64,000 nucleotides of DNA from Bilabrum cf. latius (lineage: Eukaryota): NCBI GenBank assembly GCA_965178125.1, contig OZ237745.1, forward strand, positions 806,001-870,000. The letters run 5' to 3'. The translations under genes and the position numbers were made by a program. The notes below the pieces were generated by a model. That model saw only the letters and a program-made list of their open reading frames with translations. It was not told where the DNA came from and did not search any database. This document shows, in pieces, positions 13,432 to 26,461 of the stretch (its first letter is position 1; the number at the start of each line of letters is the position of its first letter).

Positions 13432-15356
13432 ATGCGCTAGAGATTCCGACGCGTCGTCAGATGTGTTCAAGAGAAGAGTAAACTGTCGCACAGGTCATGC
13501 AGGTTAGTACGCTGGTGCCGGTTTCTGATGCCAAATAAGCCAAGTGTTGCAGTTGCTTGCAGAATGTCCTCCCAATCTGTGTGGATACATTAGAGCCCCG
13601 CAGTTTTGCTGCTACGGTAATCAGACATGGGGATAGGAGTCCAATATTCAACCCGTTCGAGGGGAGCAAATGGGATGCGCACCACGAAGGCATGTGGCTG
13701 CAGAGGATCCGAGCTTCGAAGGACAGCGTGAACGATGACTTCCCGAAAGCATCAGTGCATTCAAGCACAGTAGACGGGCACGAGTACCCTTGGGGTATAT
13801 TGAGCGAAGTCGGAGTGCGGCAGACGAGAGCACGGGGCGAAATCATTCGAGATTCGCTTGCTGATGCTGGTTTCGACGTGGACCGGTGCAAGCTCCGAGC
13901 AGTCGCTAGCAATTATGAGAGAACCCAAATAAGTGCGTCTAGTTTTTTGAGTGGCCTGCTTGGTAGTACGCATGCAGCGCAGCCATGCTCTGATGAGCAC
14001 GATCGTGTTGTGATAGAGGTCGGCCGAAAAAGTGTCTGCCCGATTGCAGCCTTTGAATCCGACGTCGGGCTTCGCGAGCGCGTACGAAGTCTTTTCAAGA
14101 CCAACTTGTTTGTTGAGCGGGAAAGGACCATGGAGCAGGTGGCACGAACCCTTCAGGAGCAGGTGCCGTACTTTGGGGGCGAGCTGCCAGACCTGTTCCA
14201 TCGGCATGACGAGGACTTTGGAGGACCATCCAGCACTAGTAGGAGCACGGGCGAGTCCGAAGGTGCCTCAATCATCCAACACGAGCAGCAGGAGGCCATG
14301 AAGCATACCCAAAATTTCTCTGCTGGGAGCCCAGGCCGAGACCGAGGACTCGGTTCCGCCCTGCAAGATGCCAACAAAAAATTCCTTTGGATTCGTGCCG
14401 CCGACATGTTCTGGACCTATAAAGCGCACGGGCTTGAGCCGCCCGTATCAGACGAAGGTATTCAGGCAGCCACCATGCGGCACCTGCAGTGGCGGTTTGC
14501 AACGCTGTACTCCGAGCGAGTGACACTTCGAATGTCGTGCGGCGGCTGGCTGCGGAGCGTGCTCCAAGGCATGGATGCCTGGAGGGCTTCCGCTTCGCCC
14601 TTTGACGGAAATGCGACACAGCGCAGGCCAGGCATGATGCTGATCTCGGGACACGATGTCACGTCACTTCCTGCTCTGCTCCTGCTTCAAAGAGCCCACG
14701 GCAGGATCAGTGGCAGTCCCGCCCACATCGATGGCAACACCGCGAGCTGGAGCCCCCCGGGTCACGAGTCTAGCTGGCCCAACTACGCATCTGCTCTGGT
14801 GTTCCGTCTGGTCAGGCGACCATCCTCACATTGCCTGAAGAAGACCGTCACGGTCGCCCCGAGCGGTACTCCGCTGGACTTGAGGCGGTCACTGGGCCGC
14901 ATGGGCAGCTTGGCTCAGCGTGGATTGCAGCTGCCAACCACAACAAGCCAGCCCGTATTGCCAGATCCCGCGCAGGACCTAGCTGGGAATCCCGCCTTCC
15001 ATGGGGCTTCGTTGCCTTTCCGAGTGCACTCTGTAGTACCGGCTCCGGAGCACTATTGCGGCAACGGTGTGTGGACGGACGACTACGCATGGGGCGGGAA
15101 GGCAGGCAGGCTTGGTGCCGCTCGCAGGGCAGAAGATCGCGCCTGGGAAGACCAGTTGCTGGAGGACGAGGAGGATTGGACTGTGGTTTGGCAGTTCCAT
15201 AACGGGAAGGACGGAGGGGCTAACATGACAGAGTAGGAGGACGTGGAAATGAGCGGCGAGATGTCGCTGCTAGCTTTCCGGTACGTTGTCGCAGCTGCCA
15301 ACACCGAAGCCGGGATAGCGTGGCCATTAGATGGGGTGATTGAACAGGGAGATTGA
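13432..15356 (+). CDS. Histidine acid phosphatase (clade 2, ACP6-like)
   Basis: RHGDRSP catalytic motif, G.L..VG..Q, S.YERT..SA, SGHDVT, WPNYAS. Probable short first exon (MR[TAG]RFRRVVR...) with intron ~13503-13603. Reads through TAG 15234 to TGA 15354-15356. Confidence 0.82.
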
Positions 15357-15447
15357 TGCTATTCGACGCTACCAGAGTGCGCTTCCGCAGAACAACGCGT
15401 TTTCACCAGCTCACTGCCTGCTACTGACCGCGCCCATCTAGTGGCAC

Positions 15448-18400
15448 TCACGCGCCTTTCAATCCGGCAAGCGCTTGTTCCAAAGCCTCAATCCTGTCGC
15501 CCAGGCCTGTCAGCTGCCTAATTAACGGCTTGTCAAAGTCATACTTTGAAAACTGCAGCGCGCTGCGGTGCCATGTCCTGGCCTCTGCCACGCTGGGTCC
15601 ATGCGGCGAACGCCCTGGCTTCACATCGCGAATCTGCGGAGACCCGAACCGCGTGCCGTGCCCTAGACCAGCCGATCCAAGAACACGGGTGTCTTCACTA
15701 GCGCTTGGATCCTTCAAATGCCCTTCGCTGGCCTCCTTGGCGGGGGGGGCCTACAAAGCATGCAATTCGGCGTGCCATCCAGCCTGCCACAAGAACGTCC
15801 TGCACAGCAAAGCGTGGCAGTGTGGCACGACGAAGTCGCCCTGCAGCTCGTCCGCGAGCTAGCTCGCTACCACATGAAGGCAGGCGCGCCCAGCTCTGAT
15901 GCACTCTCTCGCGTTTGCTTCTGTGAGCACCCAGGCCCGCCACGGCGAGTCCAAACCAGCCCCAGCCCCGGCCCGCCGCAGGAAGCATTGGTCCAAGCTC
16001 GCCGGCTTGGGTTTTGCTTGTGACACCAATCCATCATCTAAGCTACCTAGAGTACTTTCTTGCACCGGTGTTGCTGCACCCGCTACACCACGCTCCCCGG
16101 TAGCAGAAGATGACAGCTAGCCCACCTTTGCCATCACAGCCCTCAGGCCAGCGGTGACCTGCTTGCCAGCCATTTCGGCGTCTCGCAAGGCCTCACCACC
16201 GACGATGGAATGACCGATGTTGCAAAGCATGCGACCCATCGTCATGAGCAAGAAACCCAAGTGCGTCGCGTTGAATTTTAGATCTTCATCTGTGCAGCCG
16301 GACACTGCTGGGCGCTCCTCCGCATCAGCTGGGCTAGACATGCTCGCAGTTGCTGCGGGTCGCTCCAAGACTTGACTCTGGCTTGAGTTCCCGTACCTGG
16401 CCGGCGGCAGAAACTGCCATGCAGGTGCTGGGGCTGTCCTGCTCTAGGGACCACTAGCGGAACGACTGGACCCTGCCGGCCGTGTCGGGTTGTCTGAACC
16501 AGCGCCAGCACCAGCACCAGCACCAGCACCAGCACCAGCACCAGCACCAGCACCAGCACCAGCACACGACGCGGCACCAGGTGCAGCCGACACCCAATCT
16601 GTGGGAGTACCAGCCGGCCAGCATGAGCCGTACTTGGTCGAAGTGGCTATGCCATTGGCGCTGATGCGGGCAAGGTCGAGCAGTTTGAGCTCCACAGGAC
16701 ACTTGGACTGTGCTGTGCCTTTCTCTTGCTACTATCGCAGCAGCGTCCGCTCACGCGCTTGCGCAATGAATCGACATGCCAGCTGCAAGACGCCCATGGC
16801 TGCCCCTGGGTCCCCTCCTCTGGAGAGATTCTAGGCACAAACTGCAGCAAATTCGACTGCACCCAACCCCGCAGGTGATCTAGGACAAGCAGTAGCCCTC
16901 ATAGCTGGTGAAAGCGATGGTGTTGAGCTTGCAACTCCGAGTCCAGCAGAAGGTTTCTCTGCGGCGTCCTTCGCACCGGCACCAAAGCTGAACATAGAGG
17001 CAATGGAAAAACCCATCGACCGATGCCTGTGCTCACCACCCGCGTCGTCTTCGTCGACTGACGGGCCCGAAACGGTTTGTCTGGCGATGAATTCGTTCGC
17101 TTTTCTAGCTGCAAAGGCATCGAAAGTGAATCCAGGCCGTGCCTCCCCCTCCACGCCACCCATCACCTCGAGCGCCTCCTGCTCCTTTCCAGTGGCAAAG
17201 AGAGCCACACCCAGCTCGTGCATCGTGGTAGCGCGATAGCTGCTCGCCTTATGCCTTCGTAAGAACTCACGAGCTACTCTCGCGCTTTCCTCCCAGCGGC
17301 ACTGCAGGTACAGCACGTTCGCAGCCTCGCCTAACGCCATCACCGACAGCTCGGGCAGCGTCTATGCAGTGCTGTAAGCGGCGTGAAAGAATAGCGCGAG
17401 ACTCAATGGCGTATCACCAGCGCGCCTGGCTGTGTACCCGGCGAGGTAAGAGTACATGCCGCCGTGTGGAAACAGCCTGAGTCCCCCCGCCAGCTGACGG
17501 CTGGAGGAGACCAGGTCTTCCGTGAAGAAGCAATGGATCCATCCCTGGATCAAGGCGCTGGTAGCCAGACCCAGGCTGACTCCGTTGCCGACCCAAAGAG
17601 CAGAGTCCGAATCTTCTCTCTTACATCTGCCTTCGATGGCGGACCCCGAGCTCGCACCAGCCCCCCCTGGACTCGGATCCATTGCAGGCACAGAGCTCAC
17701 GCCTGAAGCGCGCTCAGAGCTCGGCCCCGATGCAGGCACAGAGGTACCGCATGCCAGTCTGGTTGCACTGGATGATACAGTAGAATGCAGCTAAGATGAA
17801 GCTGCGCCCGCAAGCGCCGATGAGCCTGCGCCCGCAAGCGCCGATGAGCCTGCGCCCACAAGCGCCGATGAGCCTGCGCATACTGATTCACCACCAGCAC
17901 CAGCCCGGTGACTCTCTGGTTGCAGCACACTGAGGAGAAATGAGCTGGGGCTTTGCGGCTCGGCCCCCGCTGTTCTTACCATAGGTGACGTTCTTGGACT
18001 AATTGACTCTGATGCTGTTTTCGGTGGCTCCAGGCGTTTCACTTGCTCTCCCAGGGCGTGGAGCGTGCGCAAAGCGCCAGTGCGGTCCGGGGCCAGTCCA
18101 ACGATCCGCAGAATCCAGTGATATCCTCGGGGAACCAAAGCTGGACAGAAACCAACCAAGGCCTAGCCAAGTGCAGAAAAATGCACGACTGCTTGCAGCC
18201 GAGACGGGAGATCAGATTCACTTGGCCTAACTCCCCGTAGGTAGCTCTTGTATGCACTTTGAATGCCGCGGCTACTTGACAGTAAGGAGTGTAGGTGTTG
18301 CATTCGTATGAGCGAGCTTCGGAAAGAGAGTGCCCCTTGCAAATACTGTCGTTGCTTCATCTGTAGCAGTCCAGACAGGCAATCGCAAATTGCAACAACG

Positions 18401-18879
18401 GCAATAGCTTCGAGGCCGTGGCACACATCTTTTGGGGCTTTGTGGCCCAATGAATACGTCTACAATGGACTAACCACACCCTTGGAGGTCAATCTATCCA
18501 ACAGCCCTGGATTACACTTCGAATAAAAGTCGTTTGCTGCTTGCTCAACACTTTTGCGAACAGCAACTGCATATTTAAGGGCGTCTTCGCTGGTAGCATC
18601 CGACATAAACCCGCGGATACCTGCACTCAAAGCTCTAGCTGAAGATAGACCACTAGCTTCAGCAGGTACCATATTCCGCCCACACATTTCTACCATCGAG
18701 TTAGGGCTATAACCTGCTTCGCCAACTAGCATGTGTCGAACCTTCGGATGCGGTTCGACGAACTGGAATCGGGAAACCGAACGCAGTGCGTTCCCGGCGA
18801 GCCCGCACTGGCCTTCCTTGGGGTCCCGATCGGGGTCCGGGGTGGCCTTGGGCTTTGCCAGCTAGAAGTGATCACACAT
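15448..18879 (-). CDS. TTC39/IML2-like TPR protein (~1140 aa), intronless, ~11 in-frame TAG
   Basis: Nine track ORFs (18460..18732 to 15448..15717) share one frame separated only by TAG. Segments YLQGALSFRSS, ILRIVGLAPDRTGALRTL, LRLFPHGGMYSYLAGYTARRAGD and C-terminal KYDFDK resemble TTC39/IML2. Ends TGA. Confidence 0.65.
16501..16564. repeat. (CCAGCA)n hexamer microsatellite, ~10 copies, encoding a Gly-Ala run on the minus strand
   Basis: Direct reading of the ccagca tandem array inside the TTC39-like CDS. Confidence 0.95.
17802..17880. repeat. 27-bp-scale in-frame tandem repeat (gcgcccgcaagcgccgatgagcct-type, ~3 copies) encoding AGSSALAG repeats
   Basis: Repeated aagcgccgatgagcctgcgc units, translated AGSSALVG/AGSSALAG in the minus-strand ORF. 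Unit length is approximate. Confidence 0.75.
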
Positions 18880-18999
18880 GGGTCATTTACAAGTGAATTG
18901 CAATGGAAGTTAGACACGTACTAAGGTTTCTTCAAGAAGGCACTGTGCACCGCGATACAGTCAGGGACAACAGAATCCACACTGCCACTCGAACAGTCC

Positions 19000-20270
19000 T
19001 CAGGCCCAGATCGTCAGCTCTGCATCCCAGCTACCGAGGCACAGGGCCATTCCCGACCTATTTAATGCAACCGTAGACACCCTATTCTTGTGATGATCCA
19101 ACTCAAAAGTCGGTGCCTCGGCCGTGGCTTCCAAAGTGTCCCACGCCTTGCAGCTATTGTCGTCGTAACCGGCAAAGAGCACTCGCCCGCTAGACGAGAA
19201 ATCGATCGAGGTAATTCCGGGGCTGAGGCCCGGCGTGACGTCCTAAAAATCGTTGACCTGCGCGTAGCTTCGAAGGTCGAACAGCTTGCAGCTGCTGTCG
19301 TCGGAACCGCTACCGAACGCCAGGCCGTTACCCATAAACTTGACGGTGTTGACGTCTGTCTCGTGCCCCACGAAAGTTTGGGTGCACTTCCCGCTTCGGA
19401 TGTCCCATACTTTGCAGGTGGTATCGCACGAGGAGGAAACGAACATGTTCGGGTCCTTGGGGTTCACTGCAGCGTCCATGGCATCACCGCCGTGGTCGGC
19501 GAACACCTGCTTCGGCGTGGCGGTTTCCACGTCCCAAAGCACGCATGTAGAATCACCGGATGCAGTCACTAGCTGAGATGGGCCTATGAATTTGCAGCAG
19601 GAAATGTACCCTTCGTGGTGCGACAATTCCTTCTCTGGCTTCACGGACGTTGTGCCGACAACGTAGATCGAGCACTTGTTATCAAGACCACCGCACGCCA
19701 CCAGCCGACTCTCTTGGTGCTCATAGCAGCAAGTCATAACCCAAGTGGACTACAGCGGTATAACTGCGGTTGCGTAGCGAGAGGGAGAGGTGCGCACGAG
19801 ATGAGGATAATCATCTGAATTGCAATCGGTACAAAGCAACAGCATGATTCCATGCAGCTTACCCTGTTGCTTCGACCCAGCAGGTCCGTTCCACACCAGC
19901 AACTTTCCGTCCTAACTGCGAAGGTAAGCAGGTATGCCAGGCGAATTGCAGTCGTCGTCAGCGTGCTGACGGGCCATTCTGGCCTGTGGTCGCAAACGTC
20001 GGGCGCGGTGCTGATAGCTTCTCACCTAGCACTCAATAATGTATCGTCTACACCAGCCCAATCTACCGCGTAAACCTTGCCGTAGTGTCCTCTGAGAATC
20101 TTCCGTAGGTTCAGCCCAGTCACCGGCATTGGCTTGTGCTTGAGGCCTTTCAACGAACCAGTGAACAGCTTAGCCTTCCTGTCTTCTATCTATTTCTTAA
20201 GCTTTGCGGCTTCTTCTTTAGCAGCAGCAATCCGCTGCTGCCTAGTGGATTTGCCGGTGGCAGCACACAT
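19000..20270 (-). CDS. GNB: Heterotrimeric G-protein beta subunit; 2 introns, 4 in-frame TAG
   Basis: N-terminal coil EEAAKLKK[TAG]IEDRK; LRGHYGKVYAVDW; LLSAS|[TAG]DGKLLVWN across intron 20025-19916; IPL[TAG]STWVMTC; ACGGLDNKCSIY; TASGDSTCVLWD; GSDDSSCKLFDLR; FSSSGRVLFAGYDD; GSWDAELTIWA-TGA. Confidence 0.95.
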
Positions 20271-20420
20271 GTTGCTTGCTTATTCCGTTCACGCGTGTAC
20301 CTGGAACGTTCGAAGAGACTCAACTGAAGCCTGTGCTCGCAGAGACAAATAGACGCTGCTGCAGAACTAAATATAAAAATACAACTGATCGCTTTTGCTG
20401 AGCTGTTATTAGCCGGACGG

Positions 20421-22502
20421 ATGCAGAAAACCTGCCCAGAGTCGCGATAGAATCCGATTTCCACGGTGCATGTGTACGTTACATTGCATTCGGAGCAACA
20501 TTTGAAAAATGTAGTGGTGCTCCAGGAGAGGCATTTAAAGAAGATAGATGGTAAACGTATGAGAAAGAGTGGTCTAGAGATTAGTGTGGTTCGCACTCTG
20601 GGTGCTAGATGGTGGAGAAGCCTCTATCAGACCTATCGAAGAGTGCAATTTCATTTGCCGCGGTCAGGAGGCATGTATCCTGTCGACCTGTGCCCAGTCA
20701 GAGTAGGATTCTCAATACTCCCTTAGAAGTCACTATTACTACTGCTGGCAGGAGCAGAGAGCAACGGGCTCGTTCGGAGAAGTGCTGACAGCACGGCTGC
20801 AGTGCGATCGATGCTCCACACACAGCGCCGGCTTGCGTTGCTAGGTGACAGCATCTTGGCCCTAGAGACAACGGAGTTATTGATGCGGTGTGCACCATTT
20901 GCTACAGCTGCTGATATCTCTGACGCAAGGTCGGATATTGAAAGTAATATTGCTCTGAGTCAGATCGCAAGTCGTGGAATGGCCGTGACGGAGTCGCTTC
21001 TCTACCCGAATATCGAATTGGCAGGCGACTATGTTATGGGTTTAGGGGCGAACCTTTCACGCGGGTCATGCAATCATGCGAGCCAAGACACCGCTTCGCC
21101 TTCGAAACGTACGTCAAAGTCCGCAGTGAAGCCGTACGCCGATGCAGTTGAGGGTATCCTTGGACTAATTGCCGCCGACCTTGGGAGAAACTACGCTGCA
21201 GCTGTCGCGCGCACGATGGTAGTGGCCCCGTTGGCTTCGAAGGTGGGCAGCGATGAAGCTTGTCTCGAGCTTGCACTCGCACAAGCCGCTTAGTGCGATG
21301 CCCAGTTGATTCCAGCGCACCCCGCAAGCACAGGCAGATCCAGAGCAGCCGCTGCCAGATCAAGCTAGGACCAACTAGAATACAGGAAAGGCCCAGAAAT
21401 GGACGATTATGCGTACTAGCCGCGTCCAGATCATAGCAGTGGCGACGAACCCAATGACTGGTGGAGACACGCCGGCGCACAACTTGAAGGGAGATTTGCC
21501 TCAGCTCACGCGGAGGCGTGGCACGTCGCTAGGATGCAAGGAGGAAGAGCGCTAGCTAATTTTATCGAAGAATTACAACAGCAGCAGCAGTGGTAGCAGC
21601 GTGCTGAATTCGGTGCTCCGTCAAGTTCGACGGACGGCGAGGCTCAAGGCGATGGATTGCGTGCGCGCCTTGGGCTGAGCCTAGACTCTGGCGACGAGCA
21701 ACAAGCACCTGAGGAATCTCAAAACGTTGAACCTCCGTCACACAGCAGTAGTCAAGTAGAGCAGAAACGGATTCGCACCACCACAGCCTCCAGCCGAGTC
21801 GGCAAGCAAGACGGCACAGCCCACAGCCGAGTCGGCAAGCAAGACGCCACACTCCGGCAACTTGTGGAGAGGGCCAGAACCGCGTGCCTGAGCGCAATGG
21901 GGGAGGAGCCTTCACTGAGGGCAGCAGTAGATGCGACGACTGGGAGATGGGAGGCGGTTCTTGCGTTGAGAGCTACTGCGGGATCAACGGCTGCCCCTGT
22001 TCTGGCGAGCATCAGCCCAGGATCAGCGAAGGCCAACTGCAGCGCCCGCGTGCTTGGCGTGGGCGAAGGCTCCACTCGGCGGCGAGCCGTGATGCGGGCG
22101 TGCTAGCACTACTTGGATGGGAGCCATGAGTTGACTAGTCATGAGTAGGACGCAGTTCCAGCCCCGGAAGTGCCTAGTTCTGCATAGACAGAGAGCGGTA
22201 GGGAGGCAATAGACAGAGAGCGGTAGGGAGGCAATAGACAGAGAGCGGTAGGGAGGCAATAGACAGAGAGCGGTAGGGAGGCAAGTTGCGAGGCCGACAC
22301 GACCGTGAACTGTCAGATCCGCGTTTGCGATGGGGCGGGCTAGAGCTATGCTGGCATGCATTCAGATGGGATCGTATCACATGAAGCGTGGGCGGACCGT
22401 CTGGCTGGCATAATCGAGTCTGATTCACGGGGGCGTCTGCCTTCGTTCGGCATGGGTACGAAGGCTACCGGCGACGGTGCTACAACGGGGTGCTTGTCGT
22501 GA
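20421..22502 (+). CDS. Ribonuclease III-domain protein with a divergent dsRNA-binding domain; ~12 in-frame TAG
   Basis: RRLALLGDSIL and KPYADAVEGILG are RNase III signature-like. Downstream LANFIEELQQ...GVGEGSTRRRAVMRAC[TAG]HYL resembles a dsRBD with a large insertion. One frame runs from ATG 20421 to TGA 22500-22502 with only TAG interruptions. True start uncertain. Confidence 0.65.
22184..22283 (+). repeat. Perfect 25-bp tandem repeat x4 (atagacagagagcggtagggaggca)
   Basis: Units start at 22184, 22209, 22234 and 22259, with no spacers. Confidence 0.95.
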
Positions 22503-22589
22503 GTTGCAACGCGACATATTGGAGATAGACACCGAACACAGCGTGAGCATTCAACACGCAAGCCAAGTCTTGAGCTGGCAGCCTGCGGG

Positions 22590-25500
22590 TCAAGAGTGCA
22601 TCCTGGACCTGCCCTTGATGGCAAGGTCAGCAGCGCGAATCACGTCCATGGGGTCCTGCGACTTGCCCATCGCTGCAAGCGCCTTGTCGATGGCCGCCAT
22701 CGCCTCTCCCTCCTTTCCTTCATCTCCCACGCCGTACCGATCAGCTACCACGCCGCCGGTGCCTCGCCCACGACCGCCCCTATTGGAAGCCATTCCACTA
22801 GAGCCCACCAGAGGAGGCAGCACGCTCGGCGGGGTGGCATACGGTGACAGTCTGTCCAGGCTGCCGCTGCCTCGAGCTGCGCCACCTGACCCTCCGGTGC
22901 CGCGGCCTCTATGCGTACCGGCCAAGCTTGCCTGCATACGCCCGTCGCGCTTGCTTGATCCCTGCTCCTGGATTTCAACCTGCCCTCGCTCGCCAATCGC
23001 AACCTCTCCTGCACCAATCCGTGCAGATAAAAGAATACTGCCGTCTTCCTCCGGAAGTCTGTGCAACACTGCAGCATGCTGGCTCCCACGGTCATCCACT
23101 GAGACAGAATCGGGCTTATCGGCGTTTGCGGCTGCCTCGTGGACCGGCCGTTGCGCCCTGCAATCGATCAGAGCCACCAGCGGTGCAGTCCCGGCTCCCA
23201 AGTCTGCACTATGCGTGTCATTTGTGGGATGCCTAGCCCTGCTTGGAAGATCTCCCAGCCCACGAAGCATGCCGTCTTGGCCAACGAGCACGTGCTTCAC
23301 CCCAAGCGTGCTGCTGCAGTCCCGTAATGCCTCGGCGAGGTCTCGCACACCAGTGCTGGTAAGCCTGTTGCCCCTGAGGTCGATGAGCCGCCAGCGGTGC
23401 TGAGCCACGTGTCCTGACGAAGAGCCGCCCCTGCCACTATCTGCCAACATGCCTGCGATTGCGGCAGCTCCCAAGTCTGTGATGCCATTGTGTCGCAGGT
23501 CAAGGGCCTCTAGCCCGGGCTAGCTACGACGAGCTGCTAGCTGCTGCTCGCCAGCGACCGATTCCCATGCAGTTGCGCCTCGCAAGGCGCCAAGCACTGA
23601 CGCCAGGCCATCGTCACCGAGGGCCAGGGCACTGGCATGCAAGCACGAGGGCATTCTGAGAACGTCACCGGGCGTATCACCCTCCTCGGTTTCAACACCC
23701 TTGCTCGTCGCAGCATCCGCGCTTGCAACATGGCCCGCACCTTGCAATTCGGCCGCATGCATGTTTTTCCTGCTGAAGAGCATCCGCGCCACCGGAAGAC
23801 TGCTTGACGGCATCGAAGCGGCCGAGATACCCGCACCAGCCTCGTTCGACCGCGTGGTCAGCCCAAGACTTGTGACTCTGACAACCTCAGGATCCAGGTG
23901 CGAACCGGGGGCTCCAATCAGTTCGGCTGGCGTGCTCATGCTAGCTTGCACAACGCCTGCACCGTCACTGACCTGGCTTGCTATTGCCAGCGCTGTGAGC
24001 CTGCCGACAGCCTCTCTTGACGTGAAGGCGAGTCGGGCGAGCACAGCAGCCGCCCGTCTTCGGGTAGTGCGGAGACCAGCCCGGTCTGCTCTCACGCCGT
24101 CTGCAGCGGCTTGCCCGAGCAGAGCCCAGCATGCGGCCTCCATTGGCCGCTTCAATATACCTTCAGACGCATTTGAGCTCGAGCGTAGACTCACAGGACC
24201 CCGGTCAGAGTTCTATTCATTGTCATGCAGATCTGCACCTGCAAGCGAAATACCGGTGCCGTTCGAACCCACGGTAGCATGGCCAGTCTTCGCATCCTCC
24301 TTCCCACGCCACGCGCTGAGTGCGCCTGCTGCCTGGGCTAGCAGGTCGGCCTGCGGAGCTGTTCCAAGTGCACCTCTGAACGCACGTTCCACCGCAGCTG
24401 CCACCTCGTCCGCACCCCTCAGTGCCCGAAGCCTGTCGAGCGGCTAGAGGATTTCGCTGAGCTCGCCTTCGGGTTGTTTAGCTACATCGCTAGAGCCGAG
24501 CTGATCTTCGCTGTCGGTGCCTCCACGCAGCACGCCCTGCTGATCGACGATTCGCTTCATTGCCAACCTGCTCGCCGGTGAGCCCAAAGACTGCTCGCGC
24601 ACAACCGAAGCAGCACTAGAGGCAGACGCCACAAGGGCGCCACCCAGCTGCGCCGCGGTCGCTTCAGCCGTCGCCCTTGCCAACCGAGCGCCTCTTTGTG
24701 CCTGGGCAGCGCGCCCCGCTGCTGCATCGAGCTCGGAGCGGAGGGAAGCTGCCTCTTCAGCAGCACGCCTAGCGCGTATCTTCTCGGCCTCGGCTTCGCC
24801 TCTCAGCGTATGCACCTTGGCGGATGCCTGCACTGCCTCTGCACGAAGCCGATGGCAAGTCGCCCTGAGCCTCGCGATTTCTGACTCTCGCTTCTCTTCT
24901 TTTTGTTGGAGCCTAGAGGCACCGTCACCCATCTCGCCCATGGCATCTCTCAGCCGCTTTACCTCCGTCCTTCGGTCGCGAAGGGCCGTCTCGAGGTCGA
25001 TGCATTCCTCCCTGAGGCCTGCCATGGAGGACGTATGGGCCGCAGCATCGGCTCTCCTCTGTGCTTTCTCTCGTTCTAGCTCACCCTCGGCGGCTGCCGC
25101 GGCGCGGGAGACCCGCCGGAGCTCCCCCTCGGCCTCTTCTGCTCTCCTCTCCAGCCCCGCCTCTGCGTCCGTCGCCAGGAGGGCCCGCTGCTGCAGGTCG
25201 TAGTACCTCTGCTTGAACGCGTCCAGCTCCCGCTGCAGTGTAGTGTGCTTTTTTTGAGTCTCGGCGCACGCGGTGCAGTCTGAGGGTCCCGCGGGGTCTG
25301 CACCGGCACTAGACTTGTGGGCGCTGGGCTCAGCTGCCTGGCCGTCATGGGCCTCCTGCGCGTCACCGCCGTCTTGGTCCCCCTCCTGGGTGGTGTCATG
25401 GTCGATGGAGTGCCGTGAGGCACCACTCGTAGACTCGGCTGAGGCAGCTTTAGCTGCTGGCGTCTCTGGCGGCTCCTCGTCGGCGCCCAAGTCCGCGACA

Positions 25501-26201
25501 GCCTTCGCTTCTTGCAGCTGGCGCTGGCACTCGATCAGCTCTGCAGCGGAATTCCCCGCTCTCTTCATTGCAGCGTCCTTGGCCTCCATTGCTAATTTGA
25601 GCATCTGCTTAGTGGAGTCTAGTTCGTCCTGAAGAGTGTCGCGGTGCTTCTCAGTTTGACGCAATATCACGAGCAGGCGCTGTGCCTTCGTTGTGATCCT
25701 GTCCACTGCGCGAGTATGGCTTTCAGCTTCCTCTTGCTTTCGTGCAGCCCTCTCTGCTTCACGGCCAAGACGTTTCGAACGAGCTCCAGCTGCCATCGCT
25801 GAAGACTCTGCCTTGTCGGCTTGCTCTTGCGTGAACTGCAGCTTGGCATCGAGCGATGCGATCGTCTCAACCTACTTCGAACAAAATTCTGTAACCAGCT
25901 TCAGCTACTGCCGCAAAGTAAGTATTTCCTGGTCGCGAGCAACTACAGATGGTCTCTCAGCTGCTATCGGATCCGTTGACTGGTCCTGCTTCGCCGCAAG
26001 AGAGTCCTAACTCGCAGACACGTTTTGATTGAGCTATTCTAGAAGGCCTTTTTTATCGGTTTTGCACTATGTAAGCCTGGCAACAGCTTCTTCCCGAGCG
26101 GCAGTCTCCTTCTCAAGTGCGGCGGCCAGCTCTGATACTTTCTCAAGTAGTTGCCGCTTCACGCTAGATTTATCCGAAGCTTGGCTCGAAGAGGAAGACA
26201 T
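22590..26201 (-). CDS. Large coiled-coil protein with C-terminal RI-like leucine-rich repeats (~1200 aa); 8 in-frame TAG
   Basis: From ATG 26201 (MSSSSSQASDKSSVKRQLLEKV) the frame continues through 24444..25796, 24213..24404, 23520..24194 and 22590..23474 with only TAG breaks. LRRs LEALDLRHNGITDLGAAAIA and LIDLRGNRLTSTGVRDLAEAL. Ends TGA. Confidence 0.75.
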
Positions 26202-26461
26202 TCAAACTTATTTAGACACAACAATGGAAACTGGCGGTCATTCCTAGCTTTCAAATGGTTGTTTCGGCCATCTTGATGTCGTGTCGGTTCTGGTTCCGGA
26301 TATTCTACCGCATGTGAAGACAGCTGTTCTGGGTGCAGTAACGCCAAGTATTTGTGAGCTGCAGGTCTTGCTGGGCGTGACTATGGATAGCGACTAAGGA
26401 ATATGTAGCTTAGACACTGTTGTCCCTAAGGACCCTTCAGTCAACTGGGCCCACAGGGCAT

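Noticed and set aside
22184-22283. CRISPR array
   Set aside because: The 25-bp units are directly adjacent with no spacers, the context is eukaryotic, and no cas genes are present.
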